The translations under genes and the position numbers were made by a program. Below, in pieces: positions 56,888 to 64,000 of a stretch of 64,000 nt of DNA. The DNA is from Podarcis vaucheri (taxonomy: Eukaryota). Below the pieces are notes generated by a model that was given only the letters and a program-made list of their open reading frames with translations, did not search any database and was not told the DNA's origin. Position 1 is the first letter of the stretch, and each line of letters begins with the position of its first letter. The DNA is taken from NCBI GenBank assembly GCA_965113315.1, contig OZ220365.1. One strand, given 5' to 3'.

Positions 56888-58844
56888 GATGCTTTGTGGG
56901 CTTCATTTGTAAATCTCTTAATGTTGATGTTTATGTAAGAGGCATATTTAAAGTTCTTTTTGAAAAGATTTAAGCAGTGATCCTATACCCACTTACCTGA
57001 GAGTAATGTGATGGAACTTAATTCTGAGTAAGTGCATAAAGAATTGTACTGTTCTTATGTTTCCCTGAAAATGAACTTGACAGCGTTATTACACATGTTT
57101 ACTCAAAAGTAAGCTCTACCTGGGTACATATGAGTGGCGCCTATGTATGATTTAAGTGTGTTTGGAATGTACAGTAAAACTTCATTCTGTGGACGATAGC
57201 ATATTTAATTAGGGCAATGGTAACAGGAGGTAGCTGGAATAGATAATTGTCTCCCAAAATTAATTGTACTTAACTGCCGCATTGGGAAACAATAGCTTGT
57301 ACTTGGAAAGTTATATGCTATTAATTTTTTTCTACCCCAAACCAAGTGGGTTAAGAAGGATGACTTCTGGAGCTCCCCACCCAATGGCTTTGCAGTTCTC
57401 TTCCATGGAATTGTGTTCGTAGAAGCTGAGGCATCTGTTTTATTTATACTTAATTATAAGGTTCAAACAAGAAGGTGGTCTAGGTGAATTTTGGTGTTCA
57501 GTGAGAAGCCCTCTGATATATTTGATAAACTTTGCAGTGAACTCGATGACTCAGAACTAGTAGAGGTATTAGGAATCTGTGTTGATGTTTAATATCCTTA
57601 CTTACCCTTGTTTTTTGGGTAACATTTCTGTACTGCCTTTCATTTCAAAGAATATTTTATTTTGAGAATTTATATGTCACTTGTCATTTCTATGATAAAC
57701 TATCAAGTAGTTACATATAAAAGGTAAAATAATAAAATTCAATTATTAAAACCAAATCAGAAAGCAGAAGGAAAAAAAGGAAAGCCAATACCTGGTCAGA
57801 GGCAGGTTCATCCCATAAGTTTTGCCCCATTGCAGTGTTCTTCTCAAGTGCAGCACTCCCAGCTCTACACTTCTATGAGTCTATGATCTTCTCGCATAGA
57901 CAAGAATGTCAGCTGTTCTCTATTATGCTTAAAGGCAACAAGTAGGCTAAAGACTAAATGTTCCTGGTGGTCCCTGTATCTAGAGTGGCACAGGAATCCT
58001 CTTTTTACCACTGAACTTAAGGGAATTTTTCTGTAGACAGGATATCCACAGCCCATATGACAATCATTTGTGCCCATGCCATTATTTTGTTTTTATTTTT
58101 TATTTAATAACATTTATATTCCACTTGATTGTAAAAAAGAGTGATTTACAAAAAGAATAAAATAATGAAATGTTCACTTTAAAATAGCTAAATGCAACTA
58201 TTTTAAAATGTCAAAAATATTTTTAAACCAATGATAAACTGCCACTTCTAGCCTGTGCCAACAAAATGCATCTTCCCAGCCTCCCATCTGTTGTTCCTCA
58301 GCAGCTTTGAGGACAGAACTCAGTCAGCCCCACGCTGGGCTGGAAACTTTCCATGGCCTACATCTTTGAGAGAACAAAACAGAATATATAAAACAATACA
58401 CAGCACTACTTCTTTTAAAGAAATTAAATAACACAGTGATGACAACAAAGCCGTATAAAAGCAAACAGTAAAAGATCACAACCAGTCATCTCTCTCCTCG
58501 GCGCATAACTGTAAAAGCTTTTGCTGGGATCTAAGAAACAGTTGGTATCCTTCAAGGGACTTGTGATGACCCTGTATAATCTTTAACCTTCAGATATGCT
58601 AACCTGACCTGATGTGCTGTTCAAACTGCTTTTGAAGCTTTGTTCAGTTTCAAAAGCTGTTTCTCAGTGATATGGAGGTGAGCAGGTTTGCTGTTTAAGT
58701 GGGAGGGGGAGTTGAAAGCCCCCATCTTGAAAAATCCCCTCTAAGTAGATGTCAGGAAGAAGGTTATAATCTAGCCACTACGGCTGGGCAATATAAGCTT
58801 TTCAACAATATCGCCAGCCAAACATCAGTTTGTCGATATACCAC

Positions 58845-58914
58845 CCAGTAGCACCTTAAAGACCAACTAAGTTAGTTCTTGGTATGAGCTTTCGTGTGCA
58901 TGCACACTTCTTCA
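58845..58914 (-). mobile_element. 70-bp Penelope-like terminal-repeat insertion with 10-bp TSD
   Basis: GATATACCAC at 58835-58844 and 58915-58924; insert identical to 38521-38590. Confidence 0.8.
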
Positions 58915-58918
58915 GATA
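58880..58918 (-). ncRNA. Minimal type I hammerhead ribozyme motif, intact core
   Basis: - strand UAU-CUGAAGA-A-GUGUG(CAUG)CACAC-GAAA-GC-UC|AUACCA; conserved CUGANGA and GAAA boxes, NUH = CUC. Confidence 0.72.
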
Positions 58919-60147
58919 TACCACGGCACTGAAAAAGCAAGCTGCATTTCAGCTTCTTGAAAGGGTAGCTTTTAGTACCATACCAGAAGCTCCAAGTGTA
59001 AGTGTATTAATCTTACATTCTTTAATATATCCTAACATGTCATTTTAATTACCAATCTCGCAAAGTTTCACTGGATTAATTTAAAATATTCAGCTTGATT
59101 CCCATTAAGTACATTTTAAATCAGAAGTGACTAGGCTGAATGAATTTGAACAAAAAGAGCCATAGACGGAGTTAAAAATATATATTTCTCCTCTTGGAAT
59201 CTTGATACAGCCATTCTGGCTCTGCCGGATTCTAAATGATTCAAAAGGCTCTTGTGTTTAACCAGTCGAAACAGTTTAAGCAATAGCTGGCACAATTCAG
59301 ACAGGCATAATTATTGTTTGTGACAGAGCCTAGCTCCGGAAGTCTAAAATGAACCCATGAATTACTGCACATGGGCCAGTCCTCTCAACTCCACTGAATG
59401 GTTTCTTTGACCCTTGAGGGGTAGCACTATGTGCTTGAACACTGGGCTGATGAGATAAATAAACATTTTTTTGAGGTGAGGGAGGGATCCTGCCCAAAAT
59501 AAAACCTCACAGACTTAAGAGCAGACATGCTATATACAAACAAGAGGTCATAACACAATAAAACATGCATTATTAAATCTTGAAATTTTGACTTTGCAAA
59601 AAGGGACAAGATAGCATTTAGTGTCAAAACACTTTCTCCTTCCAAAATGTTTGCCGAGTGCAATGAAACTTACATCCAAATAAGGGGAAGTGCAGTGAAA
59701 TACTATGCATGACTGCTGAGAAATAATCCTGCTGAGTTTATAAGGATTTACTCCCAAGTATAGGAATTCAGCCTTAGTACATTAATTTGTACTATAGTTA
59801 ACACTGGCCTGTTTTGCATGAAACTCTAAACCAGGAGTGGGGAACCTGTGGGCCTCCTGATGTTGCTGAACTATCAGCCCCAAGCAGCATGACCAACGGT
59901 AGGCAGTGATGAGAGCTGCAGTCCACTAACATCTGGTGGCCTTGCAGAAGAAAATGGGGCCTTCCAGGGCTGTTAGGTCCTTGGGACTCTCCCCAAGCCA
60001 CACCCCTCAACAGCCCTGCTTTGTACCTCCAGTATTTTTCCTGCCTGGGATGTGTCCTTGAACTCTGATGCTTCTTGCTGTCTTAGATTGAAGATTGAGA
60101 TGGATGTGTATAGAAACTAGCCTACTATAAAGGTAAAATTCACATGC

Positions 60148-60714
60148 TGTCAGGAGCCGGAGTCAGATGTAGGTCAGCGATAAAAAACACAATGTCAGGT
60201 AAGTTAATGCTTAATTCGAAGAAACCAAAACAGAGCAAGCCTAGTGATCACGACAACTCTTCCCAGCAAGTCTTGCCCCAGTGAGGAAGTTGCGAGGACT
60301 GACTTCCCTCCTCTCCAGGTTATTTCCCAAGCAATCTGAGACTGTGTCTGTGCACAATCAATCTCTGCTCTTTCGATTTCTCTGCGTGTTCTGGTAGACC
60401 GGGAGGGAGAGGTCTCAGCAGGAGGGGGAGACTCCCTGGATTCATCAGCAACCTCAACTCTCCCTCTTGACCACTCTCCCCTCTAGCCTCCACTTCAGAG
60501 TCAGTCGGAGCTGCTCTCTGCCACAGCTTCTAAACCCTGGGTTCACTAAACCTTGTCACCTCTTCTGCCACTGACACCTCCTCCCAGTCTTCTCTTCCAT
60601 CTGACCACACATTGTCTTCCCACCACCAATCCCCTGGCTCGGAGCCTTCTTCCCTTGGGGGTTCCCTAGAGGGGTTTCCCACACAACAACTCTGCATTCG
60701 GCCATTCCATGACA
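60148..60714 (-). mobile_element. Solo LTR
   Basis: TGTCA...TGACA inverted termini; - strand 5' part resembles 11847-11940; TSD not evident. Confidence 0.6.
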
Positions 60715-61817
60715 ACTCATCTGTGCACTGCAGAAAAGGAGGAGAAAACAGACAGGTTCTTCTCTCTCAGCTGGGCTCCTGGGAAGGCCAGAATAAGAGA
60801 AAGACATACACGACATCTGGCTTTGCCAGGAATCCCATGCAAAATTAAAATGGTAGCATAACCAGCTCAGTGAGCAGTTTACTGGTTTCCAAGTCTTGGT
60901 TTTTGACTGACCTCTGGCATCAGCCATAGCTGTTTCTTCCTCTTTGCTGTCCTGCTACTGATCTATGCATGTTACTCAGAAGTAAGCCCCACTGTATTTA
61001 ATGGAGATTGTCTGTCAGAAAAATGTGCGTAATATTGTAGCCTTAAAAGCATATTTTGGGGGTGGGAGGGGCAGGCTTCTGGGTGATATTGAACATTAAA
61101 CTGGCATTGTACGATACATTTTCCCTGCAGTATTTTTGCTTCATGAGAAAAACTGGAGTATTTACATCTTTTTAAATTGAAAACATCTTCATAAGTCTTT
61201 TAACTGCTGAAGACATTAATAAGGCCATTAAATGTAGCTTATCCCAATGAATTCTCTGTAGCTCGCCCAAAATAAATGTAACTACATTTCAAAATATTGA
61301 CACAAGAGATATTGACTTCTTTTTTTTGGACAACAGAGGGAAGCCCACAGCAGGAAGCCATTTCGTTGCTTCCCTGAGATCCTGCTGTTTTTGTGACTCT
61401 CCAAAGAATGCTCAGTATATGTGGAAACAGACCAAAACAACGAAGTTGAGCAATCTGAACTTTGTGTAGTTTCATAGGAATCTCAATAGCAGGATTTACG
61501 TTTTGCAGATATGTCATGAAGAACAGTTCCCTTGCTTTCTTTGGTAATGCAAAAGCCTGCGTAAGTTCAAGGCTTTCCTGAGTAAACAAGTGTGTATCTT
61601 GGCACATAGTCTAGCTAAAAATACTATCTTGTTAAAAGACTATATCCCCCTGCAGCTTGGTTCAATATACATATGTAAAGTACATCAGATTGCAAAATTC
61701 CCCACCATCAACTCTGGAAAGAGCATTCTTTCCCAAGTGTAAGGCTTTTTAGAGTTGAAGGAGGAGGTATAAATACCTGTAAGTGAATGTAAAACATCTG
61801 TCATTGATGCTTTAGTT

Positions 61818-61891
61818 GAGATTCCTGCATTGCAGGGGGTTGGACTAGATGACCCTTGGGGGACCCCTTCCAATTCTACAATTCTATGATT
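61818..61891 (+). mobile_element. CR1-type 3' terminus
   Basis: GATTCCTGCATTGCAGGGGGTTGGACTAGATGACC...CCTTCCAATTCTACAATTCTATGATT. Confidence 0.8.
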
Positions 61892-62864
61892 AAATCCTGC
61901 AATGTCCTTTAGCTATCCAGAAAACGTAGCTAGATTGGGTCCAAACCCAGTCTTGCAACAACATGCAGATTCCCTGTGAAGGGGCATTTATATCAGAATG
62001 TGTAAATAAGGTGTATGCTGCTGTCGGAGTGCAGGAAGCAGTTGCAGTGGGTGGGAGGGAGGAAGTATGCAGAAATGTGGACTGCTATCCAGCAAGGCTC
62101 ACCTATCAGGCAAAATAGCAAGGGTGGTGGGGAGATTCATCACATGGGTTTACATGTGGTTGGAATGGGCCAAATGCAGCAGATAGGCTATTGGTATGCA
62201 GCAATCTTCCCAATAGGCTCAGCTATGTGTGCATATTCCTTACTTCCCAACAAGCAACAAAGCCACTAGAGGTTGTTACTGTCAGTGTCTACAGCTGCTA
62301 TTGCACCTCTCTGGTTACTTGACGAATCTTTCTCTCCCTGGATAGAGCTTCAGGCTTTATCCCAGGTAGATTGTGCACTGCTCTATAGGCTACATAAGTG
62401 CGTTGTAGCTTGGGCTCCACTTCCTTGCTGTGTGAATTGTGCTCCAAAACAATGCTTGTGTGAAGCATGAAGGAGATTCAGACCACTGTCTGCAGGTAGC
62501 CCTGGGGACATGTTGCTACCCAAGTTACTGATGGATTGGGGACACTGTGGTGTCTGCAATACAAGAATCAGTACTAGGTCTGTGCCCTCATTACAAATTC
62601 ATTGGTTGCATCCCTATGTAGGCACTGTCACCAACAAAGGCCCTACTTGGTGGTGATTGCAGGGTCACTAGTTAAACTAGCTATTCAAGTGTTCATGCTG
62701 TTAATATATTTTGTGTGCATGGTGGAAAGCCAAAGCCAAGCAAATTCCACCACCTTTACACATAGTAAGAATTTATAAGTTACAGCCAGATTAAAATAGC
62801 TACACTTAAGTCCCATTGCAACTGACTTATTCTGTATCTAGTCTCACAGGTGACCATCCTGGTA

Positions 62865-63115
62865 TGGTGGTACCTTGGTTCTCAAACAGAATGCGTTCTG
62901 GGAGTCCATTTGACTCCCGGAACCATTCGAAAACCAAAGTGCGGCTTCCGATTGGCTTCAGGAGCCTCTTGCAGCCAATCAGAAGCTGCGAAAGCCACAC
63001 TGGACATTTGACTTAAGAAAATCGTTCAAAAACCGGAATACTCACTTCTGAGTTTTGATTGTTTGAGAGCCAATTTGTTCAGGAGCCAAGGCGCTTGAGA
63101 TCCAAGGTACGAATG
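62865..63115. mobile_element. Tigger/mariner-like MITE, diverged
   Basis: GTGGTACCTTGGTTCTCAAAC...TTGAGATCCAAGGTAC, TA-flanked; TIR as in 2910-3554. Confidence 0.75.
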
Positions 63116-63239
63116 TACTGGTTTCCTGAAAATTCCTTCATGGAAGCACCCTCTGTGCAAAACCTGACAACATGACTGAGGTGGCAGTTTGTGTTTTATT
63201 TGTGAAGGAAGCAGGCCTGGCTGTACTTAGATAATTTTA

Positions 63240-64000
63240 CTTATTTACACACACACACCATGTTTGGTATAAAGTTTAATAAATTACAGGTCAAGCTTGA
63301 GTTTTCTGTTACAATAGTATAAAAAAACAAAGCTGCATAGAATAACCTACAAATAATTTGTACACATCCTTTGGATTTATAAGATACAAAGTTCACAGCT
63401 CTCTTCCAAGCATTAAGGAGTATAAAATACTGCTGTTGGTCTCAGTTTGTGTGAAATTTATATTACTATTCACTGAATAAGCAATCTAATTACACTTATA
63501 TAAGCTCACAAAAAGGAAGACCCATTTGCTTTCACTGTATTTGTGTAAAAATATACCAAGTGTTACAAAACTTTAAATTGATTGGATTAAAATAGCTAAA
63601 ACTTATGTGAGTGAAAGAGTGAACTGATCACTGGGGAAAGAGGGTAGTATTCCTAACATTTGTAAACTTTGCAATGGAAAAGAATATGGTAAGAGGCTTT
63701 CAGAAGTGTATCTGAGATTTTTAAAAGTCTATCTAATACAGTACTGGAGAAGGTACATGTTGGTCCTCAATGCTCTGAGCTTTTAACAAGATTTTCTATA
63801 AAAAGTCAAAACATCAGTTCAAACACTATTCAAATGTTTACAAAATACATATATAATTATTACTAATAATGTTTTACATGTCAGAACACTCCAGATGTCA
63901 TTTCTTCCTTGCATGATCCCAAGCCACAGTTAATAGAAAGTCATTTTCCAACATGTGCAAACTGGAAAGACCCAGTTCACAAATTATACTGACATGGCCT
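63240..64000 (-). other. Possible 3' UTR end of a downstream minus-strand gene (FAM89A expected by human synteny)
   Basis: AT-rich and repeat-poor; - strand ATTAAA (63275-63280) followed by a GT-rich tract; gene identity is synteny inference only. Confidence 0.3.

Noticed and set aside
60530-60927. Acidic Trp-rich ORFs
   Set aside because: They lie in or overlap the solo LTR 60148-60714; purine-rich LTR sequence
61239-61607. 122-aa minus-strand ORF as a possible FAM89A exon
   Set aside because: No resemblance to any protein I recognise and no clear splice boundaries

Overview
Vertebrate (squamate, probably lacertid lizard) genomic DNA. It contains exon 1 of C1orf198 (- strand), the complete 23-exon TTC13 gene (- strand, about 852 aa) and the complete 5-coding-exon ARV1 gene (+ strand, about 234 aa). 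TTC13 and ARV1 sit head-to-head on one CpG-island promoter, with 286 bp between their ATGs and ZNF143-, NRF1-, ETS- and RFX-like motifs. Exons were assembled by hand from GT-AG sites and phase continuity, and identified by similarity to the human proteins as I recall them; no database search was run. Introns and intergenic DNA are dense in mobile elements: Sauria SINEs, other tRNA-derived SINEs, TA-targeting Tc1/mariner/pogo MITEs, hAT MITEs, RTE/BovB, L2, CR1 and Rex-type LINE fragments, and two solo LTRs. The most notable signal is a young Penelope-like repeat whose - strand reads as a minimal hammerhead ribozyme (CUGAAGA-A-helix II-GAAA-GCUC|AUAC). It occurs at three loci: a 70-nt 'ribozyme-only' insertion with a 10-bp TSD, a perfect 75-bp-arm inverted repeat just behind the TTC13 exon 5 donor, and an older copy with a mutated core. 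Other leads are two candidate poison exons in TTC13 intron 15, a triple E-box cluster in ARV1 intron 1, and MITEs inserted at splice donors. Most entries in the supplied ORF track are spurious.
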